Below are positions 1-13,085 of a stretch of 64,000 bases of DNA, piece after piece. The notes below the pieces were generated by a model. That model made no database searches, had not been told where the DNA came from, and saw only the letters and a program-made list of their open reading frames with translations. The stretch is from Antedon mediterranea (lineage: Eukaryota; Animalia; Echinodermata). The position numbers were made by a program, and so were the translations under genes. The stretch covers positions 8,060,001 to 8,124,000 of the forward strand of contig NC_092672.1 in assembly GCF_964355755.1 (NCBI RefSeq). The letters are read 5' to 3'. Positions within the stretch are counted from its first letter, which is position 1, and each line of letters starts with the position of its first letter.

Positions 1-2439
1 ATATGGGAACATTGTTGTATGTTTTTCTCGTTTGCTCAACAATTTGCTATTTGATGTTTTTGTGGATTCTTAGTGCACACGATGACCTACGACAAACGCA
101 GATCCTACCTATATAGGCCATCGCAAATCGAAAGCTGGCTATTGATAAATATCGCCCTGATACTTGTGAACTAAATCTACCTGTAATTTCTATAGATATC
201 CTTGAAATACATATTGATACAGTAAATTAAATTTACCTGTAAATTAAAAACCGACATTGTCATTGTTAATTTTTGCAATTTTTTTTCACTTTGCCCTTCA
301 AATCAATTCTTATCTAGCAAAGATGGAAATATTAAATATGAGTTGTAATTTTTATTTAATTGCTAGTAATTGGCTATTTCCTATCACCTTTCATTATCTG
401 TATTTCAAGAATGTTGCTACAATTGTATATTTATTTGTTGCCATTTTTCTTTTAAACAAAAGATTTTTATTTATCATTTATTTATTTGCCAACAAATAAA
501 AAACAGATATAAAAGGCAAAGAAATACCAAAACAGGTGCTAAACACTATCCTTTGCTGAACCAGAAACAAACAACTAAAAACAAACTATCATGATCTATA
601 ATTACAACATCTAAAGAAATTGACAAATTGAAAATATTTCAACATAAAAAAAATTGACAATAAACAGGACATGCTGTAGATTAATTTAATATGAGAATAT
701 CACACTTTGTATAAAGACAGAGATTGCCATACTTGATACAAAATAACAAGTATGTAATGTTATATTATTCATTATAAAATTGTTTCGATTATCAATCATA
801 ATTTTTGTATGGTTTTTGTTGTGATTGAAAAAAAAAAAAAATAAATAAATAAATATATCCCAAAAATCACTTTTAGAACAGTGGCAACATACTTAAATAT
901 TAGTGGTGCAATCAAATTTGGAAACTTAAGCTTCACAAAATAAAAACATTATATCACCAAAGAAATAAGAATTTAACACACACAGAAATTAATAAAATAA
1001 TAAATAAAAACAATGAATAAAAAAAATAAAAATATATGAAAAAATAATTGTAATATAATAAAATAATTAATGATAAACAATTTAAAAACTATAGCCTACA
1101 GTAGACATTCGTAGATAAAAACAACAAAGGTGTATTATGAATGGTGGACAACGATCTGCTCGTCTCACCTGAGGTGAGCCTTAAAACGGACAGGTGATAT
1201 CAACAGAAGATGCGGTTGCGTCTTGACGGCCAGCTTATATTCTGAGAAAACCATAAAGATAGGATTCCCAAGGCCTCGTTTCTTCAGCTATGTTGGTTAT
1301 AGGTTTAGAAGACAAGGGCTTATTTTAAGTTTTGACCTATCACAATCAAGTCTTTTGGGTATGGTTGGTTGGCTTAGAATGTAACTAGAGATTGTAGTAT
1401 AGACTTTAAAGTAAAACAATATATAAGTTGTAATAATGTAAAAGGTGTTCTGTATGAATCAGAATAAAAATAGTGATAGGTTCACAAAGTTTTACTTTTG
1501 ATAAAGTACAATGGGTTATACAAAGAATTTTATTCAACTTATCATAAACTTTGGTTTCATATTTAATTTGTCATAATTTTTTTTAATGCTTTCTAGGCTA
1601 ATATTTGAACTAAAATGCCACAACATAATAAATATCATAAATAAAATGTCTAATACAATAACATTATACTACACACATTTTCTTTAAAAATGTATTTAGA
1701 ATAAATGAAACTAAATTTTAAAACATTGTAAATTGAATTCATAAATAAAATATGACAAATACTGACAAACATTTTGTTGGTACAGGTTTTTTTCTATTTA
1801 TATGTTTTCTATCTTTATTTTTTTTAATTTTTGTTCTCATAGTAAATAAAATGCTTCATTAAAAATTGTCTTATGTTGTTTCTTCCTTAATCAGCAAATT
1901 TCAGCCCGCTTTATATTAATAAACTATAGACAAAACAACTGAAATTAAGTTTTGACACTTAAGCTTCTAAAAAATTAAATCTATTTTAAACTAAAATGAT
2001 AGAAAAAATTAAATATGACACCATCACTGTCATCATTATTAATTAAATTTGATATTAATACTGAATTGATGGCAAGTAATTGTATCAATTATATTTAATC
2101 TTGAATAATTAGTGTCACCTTCATGCTAATTTCAAGCCTTCCTCATCAAACATCTCATCGGAAGCATTTCAGCAGTATCTATAGCAGATATAGGGTACGA
2201 AACCTGCCGAGCGCCATGTATTCTTAATCTGGCTGCTTAGGTTCAGGTTTCCCTGAGGTAAGTCTGACAAAGCCGTGATCAAGTTGCTATTAATACATTG
2301 TGTACATTCACAACATGAGAAACATTAACAGAAAAAAAAATCATTGAATATTCATCCATCCTTTATAAGTTTATAATAAATAGGCCTACTTGTATTTTAG
2401 AAGATTTATAGAAATTAGTATATCAGGTATAGACAAGAG

Positions 2440-2645
2440 ATAGATGGTGTAATGATAATCGGACTAGCATGTGATAGGCATGGGTTCGAGTCCGTCGTCT
2501 GCGCCTTATTAAATGTATCCTAAGGCTAGGTACTTCACTAATATTGCTTCATCCTTCAGATGGGACGTAAAGTTGGTCCTGTGTAAGAATTTCTTAGACT
2601 ACGAAAATAGGGGATCGTTGCCTGGTAAGCTGCTCTGGCTAGTCT
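2440..2645 (+). mobile_element. tRNA-derived SINE with a Deu/Nin-like central domain, degenerate
   Basis: A-box-like TGGTGTAATG and B-box GGTTCGAGTCC, then CCTTCAGATGGGACGTAAAGTTGGTCC resembling the Deu/Nin core. A related fragment lies at about 14258-14330. Confidence 0.6.
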
Positions 2646-5600
2646 TTGTTTATATGAAAAAACATATTTTCAACTTGAAATTGGGAAAATGTATATATTT
2701 TCCTTTCTTATTATTAAATGTGATGTTTTCAATAAAGTACTGTATATCAATTATTAAACTTTCTTTTATCATAAATTATATTATTTTAGTATTCTTAAAA
2801 CAAAAGTAATGCTAAATTACTTGAATATAAAACATAACCTAAATATAACCTAGCAAATGACATATAATAAAAAAAATTACAACCAACGAGACATGAAAAC
2901 GCTACTAAAGACATATAAATAAGACGTGCTAGAAATAAACTATTATGATTGGTCGAGTGATGTCACATGTTAATTACTACTTTAGACATGGCATTATCCC
3001 ATGATTCATTGGTAAACATGATTTCTATGACAACAACTTGTAAATTAAGAATCTCGAAAGACACCGTTGAGAACGAATCTGTCGCGTACAGCAAATGCCG
3101 GACATATAAAAGTTGTCAAATCAGCCGTTTGACTACCAATATCAATTTTATTATATAAATCAACAGTCAAATTTCTGATTGCAAATAAAAATAAATCTAT
3201 CAGAGGAGCTCTGGTTATGTGGGACGACGATGTTGAGAAAACTTTTAGAAGGCTGAGATATTCGACATAAATTCCAACATACGGGCTATCTACAGTTATT
3301 GCCAATCTACGATTCCATATAATTCCAATACTTTTCTTCAGATGCGATTTAAACAAAATTTTAGCAATTAAATTAATTTAATAGAGTTCAACTGATTCTA
3401 TAATCACACAATAATATCTACAGTTTAATTAACTCTGATACAATAATTCATTCAGGTTTTTTTTTATTGGATATTATTTTGAGAATCAAAATTTGTTATA
3501 ATTATTCTCTTAAAAACTAAAACCAGATAACAATAATTCATCTTGTTGATAACAAACTTTATTTTGTATAAATGATTTCAAATCTAAGTGACATTAATGA
3601 CTAAATCTATAATTAGTAAATATAAAAATAAAAATACAAAGAAAATTAATTATAAAGAGTATTGATAGAAATAAAAGTCTAAAAAAGTTGTTTAACATTT
3701 ATTGGAATAATTTGATTTTGTTGATTTTGTTTAAATGAAAATGAGAAAAAAAATTAAATAACAAATTAAATATTCATTTATATTTTTGGTTGAAACTTTA
3801 AAAAATCATTTATAGGAATAATTTGATTGTGTGGAGTTAGATTTAAAAATTATAAAAACATCTATATCTTTTTATTTTTTTCAAAGAATGTTTAATTACA
3901 TAAGAAACAATTAACAATGAAAGAAACTAAAAAACCCAAGCCCTAACAAAATTCTTCACCTTATTGCCTTGTTTGAGGCAGACCTAGTTCTTTAGAGGTA
4001 ACCTACATATTAAGGAGTGTGTCTGAAGTGAGGTTGATGCTCTAACCCTGCTAAGCCAGAAAACGCTGCGCACATTAGCGACGATTAATAGCATAATACG
4101 CAGAAAACCATCGTAAGACTCAAAAATCAATAAACGTAGCTAGCTTGTCATAATTCATACGTCCCACCAGTAGCATCGCGCCGTCGTTAATAACATATGT
4201 GTCTTAATCTCCTATGACAAGTTTTCTCTCTCGATCATTTTTTACCTTGCTATGAAACTCGCGCACTATTCCAGGCCTTTTACAAAGTGATTTTCAAATT
4301 CCGTCGGGAGTGTGCACGGAATCAATAACTATCTATCACGCTTCCACTTAGATATGATTTCCGTTTCACTCACGTTGACGTATTCAGATGTAGTTCTAGT
4401 TTTCTGTTTGGATGGATACACTCTGATTGATTCCCGAGTTAAACGGTTCACATCAAAACTATGTAATTACTTGGAAAATTATTTTAGCATTGTTACACTT
4501 ACAGATGTAATGTTTTCTCACAAGGCAATCATGCATCATAAATGATTATACACAATCAATAAGGCGCCACGGTATCATTGCTCATTTAGCAACAACATGT
4601 AATGATCAACCCTAATAATCACTAAACAATAAAGGTATAGCGACGAATGCCGCGTGGTGAATCAAGAACGCGTCAAATGTCAATCAGTGACACCTTTTTG
4701 ATCATCTTAACGCTAAATGTGTAATGTGCGTGGATGTAGTTGAAATTATCTGGGATGAGATCAACTGTTCTTTAGAGAGAAATGTAACACCATGTTAACA
4801 ATGAACGAAAGCATATCCATAAATCAACAGAATAAAACAATTGGATAATCCTGAAATTTTCAATATAAAAATATACAATTTCTTAGCATGATTTTATTGG
4901 CCTATTATGCCACAGATCATAAATTCAAGCAATATTTAACCGATAACTACAGCAATAAAGTAAAAAGGCGTTTATCCCCTGGTAATCATTAATCTTTATA
5001 TGCAATTATTTATTTGTAATCATATGTGATTGTTTCAGGAAACAAACACATGAATCTCAAAATTCAAAAGTGTTAATTTTTAACTAGTTTCCAATTTTGT
5101 TTATTAAACATAACAATTTTTTATCATTTACTGTATTTTGTATTTTTAAATTTAATTTCATTTTAGAAGTAATTTGAATGTATAATTTTCTCATTAACTA
5201 CATTGAAAATCAGAACCTACAGTAAGTACTGAAAATGTATACAATATGAAAAAAAAATGTTCATTCCATTAAAAAACATCCTTTTGAAATTCCATTCATT
5301 CAAATAAGGAACGTCCTTATTGCATAATATTCAACTATTTGACTACATTATTTGGGAGTAAACAAAAAACAAATAAAATACTATGATGGACAGCAGCCGA
5401 ATATAGGGTAGATAGAAGACTTAGATGGTAGTTATTGCTAGAGTATTTCAGGTTTTTCTAAAATTATTTTTTTTTAAAAACAATTATCTCACAAAATGGC
5501 TGCTCTCTCTCGAAATTACCCACGAGACAGACGCAAGGTACTTACAAAAAGGGCAGGTTCTCGTTGATGTTATCAGCATCAAGAAATACTGCTTCTCATC

Positions 5601-8349
5601 AAAGTGATTTTACCATCGGATATGTTGTGGAGTCATAAGAGATTTTCAGTGCAGTTTTACGACTCGCAAATGAGCACGTTGTCAAACGTTGATGACGATT
5701 TGTCCAAATCGTAATAAAATGGAACACAGTTTTATATAACCCACATATTTTTCATGATTTGTGTGTAATATTGTGCAATAAAAATTCAGGATTAGGTTTA
5801 AAGAATATTCTATTAAAAGTTTTTACATTATCTAAAATCTGATACCAAATAATGTAAAAATTCTATTTTTATCAAAGATTCATTGAAAATAAATGAAGCT
5901 CTAAACCTTTTAATTTTATTAGGCTCAATGCTGTTACTTATATGTGAATTGTCCCCCTCCTACCTACCTAAAATATTATAATAATATTTTATTCATTTTT
6001 TTGATAGCGTTTCATAAGCTTTTAGTTTCACAAAATAATTTGCTGTTCACATTCCCATTCCAATAAATGGTGTTATCAGTCAACAACTTTGAAAAAATAA
6101 CTTGATTTTCAATAAACGATTGCTTTTCATTGGCTCATAGGTGTTTAAATAGCAACTGGATTTAATAAATATTGTTTATGTACCATTACAATTATGTACC
6201 ACACAATAAAAAAAAGATAAAAACAATTAAAATCCTGATTTTTTTCTCCTCTTATAACTACTCTTGTATCAGAAATTGAAATCATTTTTTCTAACCCTAT
6301 TTAAAAATGAAATTTTATGTGATCACTGATAAACCTTTGATGCAATTCCACTAAGAGGTGGCCGAACAGATCATAATGATGGTATTTTTATAGAAAGTTG
6401 TATGACAACAGCTGATTTATACCCTTCCCTTCCAACGTACTCCTCAGAGGACAGTATTACAACTAGACAAATTGAACTCAGCCTAGATGTACTGCAGCAG
6501 CAAATATGCATTATTCATTCCATACCTGTGTCAAACCATTTAAACATGTGTTAACTTAAAATTTACCACTATCTTCACTAACATGACAGTAACAGTGCAA
6601 ATGAGGTTAGAGAGTTTAAGTCTGCCTGTCATACTGAGAGTGTGATACAATCTGTTACCATTTTTTTTTTCATAAATAAAACTTTATTTCAAACAGTATT
6701 TTTAATATTTTAGCTGAAGATTTATAAATAAGATTATAAATAATGTCAAAATCAAACTTTAAATTGTACTGATATTATTTAATATCTGCTAATAAAGAAG
6801 GTAAGCATATATCCAGTAACAAAATTTTGAGTTTGAATCTGTAATATTCACAGTGACAAATTTTTTCACTGGGTGGGGTTAACTTAAAATTCTGTCCTTT
6901 GTGTACAATGTATCTTAAAATATTAAAAAATAAAAGAAAATGATATTGTTCCTCATAATATTTGTCTATTTATACCAAGCTTGCCTGTATAAAATGTTCC
7001 CACTAGAGAACAGAATTTTCTGAATGTTCCAAAGCGGGTAGGGGCGTTCAACTTTCTAATTTTATCTCACTTCAGAGAGAAGGGCTAATGTCGGTTTATC
7101 CAGGTAAGCTACAGGGCCTCAATAAACACCTCAACACAGTAGGCTTCACTGAGTGGTTTAGAGCACCTACCTAACTTTACCTTTTCATTATGTCAATATA
7201 TATTTATGCTTTGTTCAATTATTTCTTCAAAAGTGGTCTTTTAAACTACAAAAAAAGTTAAATATCACATATTAGCTGAGGGGGAGTGCATAAATAACTC
7301 ATAACATATTTGCACGCGTGCAAACTATGCTATAATGTGTAACAGGATCTATATAGTTGAATGTTCTAATAGCGATTGTTATGCTGACTTTTGTTGACAG
7401 TCAGAAAGGTAAAACATGCAATTGCATATCTTAAAGTAACATTACACTAATCTGGAGTAGCCGAGGAATAAATCATCAAAATCAAGTAAAAGATCGCCAG
7501 AAAGGGGGTCAGGTGTAACACCCCCTGAAAGACTGCACTAGGGGTGTTTATTCGTGGTCTTCACTCCAAAGATATGTTGGATGGTGTTAGCAGATGATTT
7601 GTCGACTGTCTATGGGAGGCATTCAAAACCATTGAAATATAGCTAGCCTATGGGAACCTATGCCATATATTTCATAAATTATGACAAGCAAACCAGTATT
7701 TATTACTGTATGTACGTTTTATTTGAGGTGTCCGAGGAAATAGTAGACAAGCATAAATATTTTTATTAGAAATGATTTTACAATTCTGGAATGTTGATGT
7801 AAACAATGGGTCCGATTCTTTCAATTTATAGCTTATGGATTATTTTTTGAGCTAAAGTGAGAAAAATTACTTGTAATGTTGTAATTGTGAATGCCCATAA
7901 TGTCCTGCATCGCTTATTTATTATATTGTTTATATGTTCTTAAACCGAAAAATGAGATCAGTACTAACATTCTTGGTGTCAATAACCGTAATTTCACATA
8001 CCCTAGTATCATGTTGAATTCCTTCATGTATAAGTATTTTTTATCATAGTTTTTATTATAACTTTATACTATTCAATTTATACTATTGTTTTTTTTGTAT
8101 TTATTTACTTTTTAAATTTTGCATTTTACTTATGTTTTTTTACTTCTTATTTTATATTCTTACTATGTATAATGTATATCTTACTCGTCATACTTGATTA
8201 TGTTTATGTATCTTTTCTGGTGGGTGAGCCTTAAAGTTCTTTGAACTTACTTGCCCACCAGTCGATCATCTTTCTTATATAGGCCTATATATATATATAT
8301 ATAAATAAATAAAATAACAGCAGAAAACTTGGTTACTTCATTGTTTTAA

Positions 8350-8405
8350 TCACTACAAATTTGTTTCGTACGACCAGCATGTAGCTGGTCGCACTCTTCA
8401 GGTGA
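8350..8405 (-). ncRNA. Minimal type I hammerhead ribozyme (Penelope/retrozyme-type)
   Basis: Minus strand: TCAC CTGAAGA GTGCGACCAGC TACAT GCTGGTCGTAC GAAA CAAATTTG TA|GTGA. It has an intact CUGANGA/GAAA core, an 11-bp stem II, a palindromic stem III (ACAAATTTGT), a GUA cleavage triplet and a 4-bp stem I. Confidence 0.8.
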
Positions 8406-8416
8406 AATATATATAT

Positions 8417-8636
8417 GTTTGGCAGCACTTGCCAACTCATATGCTATGACTTTATCCAAATTCCTTCACTTGCACTTATGAAGGGCTAGTGTTGCCCGAA
8501 AGCTCTGCTAACTTTTCTGGCTGTTTACTTTATAGTTTTGATTTAGCTTTTCGCTTTTTGTTTTTGTATCTCCATTGAGATCCAGCCACTGATACCAACA
8601 GCATTTTCATTTTTTTCAGTAATTTGCTTTTGGATT
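8417..8636 (+). mobile_element. Penelope-like terminal fragment with a degenerate hammerhead (8471-8508), inserted in (TA)n
   Basis: GCA CTTATGA AGGGC TAGTGTT GCCC GAAA GCTC TGC, with the core CUGA changed to CUUA. (TA)n tracts lie on both sides. Confidence 0.5.
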
Positions 8637-9553
8637 TATATATGTTTATTGTTACTCAATTATCATATTCATTTTATGTGGAAAATCAATAAAAACAAAC
8701 AAACAAACTTCTTATTAGATTGCATATATATGTTTGCTTTTTTTTAATTTAAATTGCCATATATAACGATGTATTGATTTGTCATGTTGAATTTCTTCAT
8801 AAATACTTATTTTATCATATCATAATATTGTAATATATATATATATATAGCTAACTTATTGTTAAAATATGGAATATAAATATTTGTGTTTTTTTTTCGA
8901 TTTCAACATATATAATAAAAAAAATCGATCATAAGGAATCTGTAAATAGGAAAATTAATTGAGTATGTCAAAGTTTGTTTAGAGAAAAATATATATGGCA
9001 AAAAAATCCTATTTTGTTGGAATCATGCACAGAATTTAGAAAACAGATGAAACCAAAAATGAATAATTGACTGAAAGACAGGAGGGGGTCTCAATATAAA
9101 ACATTGTTAAACATGTGTTTTATAAATTGTTAGATAGAGAGGTAGAAGTATTTAACTAGATGCTAATTATAATCAATTTTCAACGCAATAAAGGTTATGA
9201 CCCACCATCTCAATACACATCTTCTTTCAATTATACAAATAACATTCAACTTGTGAATGAGTGAGTAAATATTTATTAATAATGAAGTACATCTTCAATT
9301 TCCGTTGTAACTAGTAACCACAGTAATTGAACTTTCTACCATCTGAAAGCCCTTGAAGACATGATGAGCATCTTAACAGAGACCCCATTCAGATGCATCA
9401 ATTTCATCTGCTTTTGGTTACAAGTGCTAAACAACAACCCCAAACTGGTAATTGTATAGACAAGCTGGACCCATGGAGCAAAACTCGCAAATTATACAAA
9501 AGAAGTTACAATAGAAGAGGAGAAAAATTTGTGTAAAAAATAGTAGGTCTCTG

Positions 9554-9970
9554 AGGGCCTGTTTCTATAGAGCAGAGAATACGGTTTTGAATACTGTTCT
9601 TTTCAAGAACCGTTTTTTCTTGCCAGCAGAAATGGGTTCCCATAAAAAACCACAAAAAAGAACCGATTTCAAAAACCCCAATTGATTGCGGTCTCGGTCG
9701 CAAGAACCGTTCTGAAACCGGTTTCCGCGGAGCAATTTTTAGCTGCAACACAATCGCGGTCTCAATTTGACCCCAAAAACTGAACTCTGCAGTCTGCTGC
9801 ACTGTGACGATTGCGGTCAACTCGCAGTCATTCATAACGAACGCACATGGACGGAACCGGTTTTATTGGAGTAAAAATTGAGCTGCAACGCGATCTTTAT
9901 TTATAAACAACAGCCGAAACCGGTTTCCAAAAAGCCGTTATTTTTTTATTTTTCAATAGAAACAGGCCCT
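9554..9970. mobile_element. MITE, PIF/Harbinger-like
   Basis: TIR AGGGCCTGTTTCTAT ... ATAGAAACAGGCCCT, with an interior richer in GC/CpG than the flanks. Confidence 0.75.
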
Positions 9971-12954
9971 GTGTATGCAATCAATTACAGAGTTTTCTTG
10001 ATGGGGTGGGGGAGTTTCTGCAAATGTTAAGCTGGAAATTGCGAGTTGTCAGTTGAAAATGTTATAAGTTAGCAATGAGAGGTGCAGGTTTGAGAATTGA
10101 AAATAAAAATATGTACCATGAACATTTAAGTAAAGTACAGTATGGGTTACTCTGGTAAATGTTTACAAAAATACCACAAACTCTTCTAAGAAAGCACATT
10201 TTTAAAAACTAAATATGCGTGAAATTGTAGGAATGATTTAATTGTTATCTCCCAGGAGTGCTAGAAAAGTGCAGTTACCTCAAAATGTCTACAAGTCTCC
10301 AGTGCAGTTAGCTACTGCAGTTAACCAACCAAGTTATAGAAAAAATAGTTTTTTATTTGTACAAAAATGACATACTTTCTAGAAAAACAAAAGAAAAGCA
10401 AGAAAAGAATGTTACCAACCCAGGTAATATAACTAGAGAGTTACAACACACAATTGGCTAATATCAGATATGAATTAAGCAAATTATTCACTTTTCAACA
10501 ACACTATCTTAATCTTAGTGGAAAATAAGGTCTTTGTTGGTTTATCCAGGTAAGTTAGGCACAAAATATACTAGACAAAAAAGAAAATTTTAGTAGACGG
10601 ATATTCTCCTTCCTATAAAGCCAGTACGGTTCCTACAGCCCTTATCCTAAATTTCCACAGTAGTAATTGTATTAAGGAAAAACTTTTTGAACAGCAGAAT
10701 ATTTACTTAGTAATAGTTCATACAAAAGAGTAGGTGCTTGATCACTATCTAAGTAACTCCACCTAAACGTTAATAATGGTATGACGATATACACTTTACA
10801 AAAATAGTAATAATATGGTTTTTTCCATATATTTGTACTTAAAAATAGAAAATCAAACAATTTAAATTTAAATTTAAATCAATCGTTAAAATAAATTATA
10901 TAGGTCAAAGTTAATTTGTTTTTAAGGAAATAATATTTATTGTTGGAAATAATCCTTAAATATTTCACAATGAGATCAATTAGGTGGTACTTACTTGACG
11001 GTTATTTAGACAACCGGACTATTTCAACAATAAAGTCCAAAGTCATTTAAAGTTTATTTTCTTATTAACGAATTATGACGGTTAATACTGGACACAAAGA
11101 AAATAGATTTCTTTGCCCATTTAAATTCATGAAAAGGACCGTTATGGTCTGATAGTATATTCATTTAGGTTGTCAGACACAGAGGGATTCAGATACTTAA
11201 CTACATTAATCAGACAGGTTTAAGGTCAATGAATATCTTGTAAGCAATATTGGTTTTACGTTTTTATTTCGCACCAGCACCTGTTGCCTCCGAGGGTTCT
11301 TCCGATTCAACGAACCAACGAGATAAAGCGAATTAAGAAACTGTATGCGATGGTAATTAAGACATGACCGACTAAGTATATTGTCTCTCGTCATCTAAGC
11401 AATATATAAGAGGATTAACTCACCACAAGAAACAATACAATAAAGATGTCCTTAAAATGAAATGGGCGGAAGAAATTTTAGACTGGGAGTAATTAATATC
11501 AAAAGACCCTTGTCCTTTCTTCTTTGATTTTTATCCGAAAAGAAAACAGTTTTTTGTTCATTTTTTTCTCTTTTTTGTACTATTGTGATTCATTTGCAGA
11601 TATTCCCGCTCAAATTCAATCGCCACATTGTTGGGAACTTGAATCTCATCCGTTAGATCCCTTAAGAAAACAAATCAATCCATCTGGATTACCTACCCGC
11701 TTTGTCATCTTGTGGATCATTTTTGGTGGGAAAATTTGTTATTAAAGGAAAATTTTATAAAACATATATTTTATACCAATGTGTAATTTGTAAGAATATA
11801 ACAACTCTATACTAGGTTACATACAATATTTTGCATTTATAACTGTAAGGAGGATATTGGTGATTTAGAATGGAATATAATCATTTTATTTTATCAATTT
11901 ATTTGCTCTAATTTATGTTATGTTAAGAAAAAAATAGGCCTACTACTACATGCAAATTAAGCATTACAATTTTAATCATCTTTAAATTGTTGTTGTTGAA
12001 TTTCTATTATTAGGAAAGTAAACAAGGGCGACAAAAATAAATGATATTTTTATTTTGACCATTATAGACGGATCACAAAATTCTTTGACAAAAAAAAACT
12101 GCCATGTAATACAACCATTGAATAGAACTATTAAATAGAAGTTTTAAAGGGCAATAGAACTGATACTGAACGTCATATGACATAGGTGTGTTATAATGGC
12201 AGCATTGGTAGAGGAAGTCTCACTGTCAAATCAATGTTTGTATCAGTATCTGCTTGGATAACCAAGGCATAAACATCTTCTTTATAAAATGAAATAGAAA
12301 CCATATTAATTGAACGCATGATTTCCTAATTATGTTTAGATAACTCTGATGTTTTTTCTAGCTCTAATATAAACTATGTACTGTAACAAACATGTAACTC
12401 ATTGTCATACCTTCTGCTCATCTCTTTATGATACTAGCTACTACAATAGTGACAAGCATACTGAAGCACCTGGTCGCTGGTGCAATGACTGCATCAAATA
12501 GGTCAATTACTCGCAACGATACACACGATCACTCTTTCATAGAGGCATTCTTATTTTTCACGTGTACTCGCGTGGAATGAAGCAGTGATAGAGTCAGTGT
12601 ATTATTGTTATTATTATTATTATCATTATATAAGTAGTTAGGTATTTTAATCAATTTACGATTCCTCTTCCTTGTTATAAAAAAAGGTGCAAAAATCTAT
12701 TTTTCATTGGACCAAAGTATACAACTTTTTACTAAAAGTTTAGATATCAATTGAAAGAAATAAAAAATACAACATTGAATACTATTAGTACTGATATATA
12801 TCTGTATATTAAATAAAATTTCAAAAGATAGATATTTGATAAGGGGTATGAAGAGTTTGACTTCCCACTCTTCCTCTAGCTCTCCCTCTCCCATTTTTTT
12901 TCCAGAAATGCTCTTTTCAAACTAGAGACCAACAGCAAGATGGTAAACATGCTT

Positions 12955-13085
12955 AATGGTCTGTCTATACTATCAAACTTTATGTGACAAAAAAGTGTGA
13001 TGGTAGTAAATGCCAAGTATGGTAGTGATATGACATCATCCTGTCCATATATGGGCACATCACATTTTCTTGTCACATAACCTTA
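12955..13085. mobile_element. MITE family copy (TCTACACTATCAAACT...); other copies at about 14578-14700 and 62022-62270
   Basis: Three dispersed, similar, internally palindromic copies share ACTATCAAACT, AAATATGGTAGTGATATG and GGGCACATCACATTTT. Confidence 0.65.

Noticed and set aside
1169-1254. Minus-strand ATG-to-donor mini exon (MVFSEYKLAVK...)
   Set aside because: It is phase 2, incompatible with the phase-1 PRDM3/16 intron, and has no recognisable homology.
8217-8261. Hairpin CTGGTGGGTGAG...CTTGCCCACCAG as a pre-miRNA
   Set aside because: It is too short (45 nt) and sits at the end of a T-rich tract typical of LINE 3' tails.
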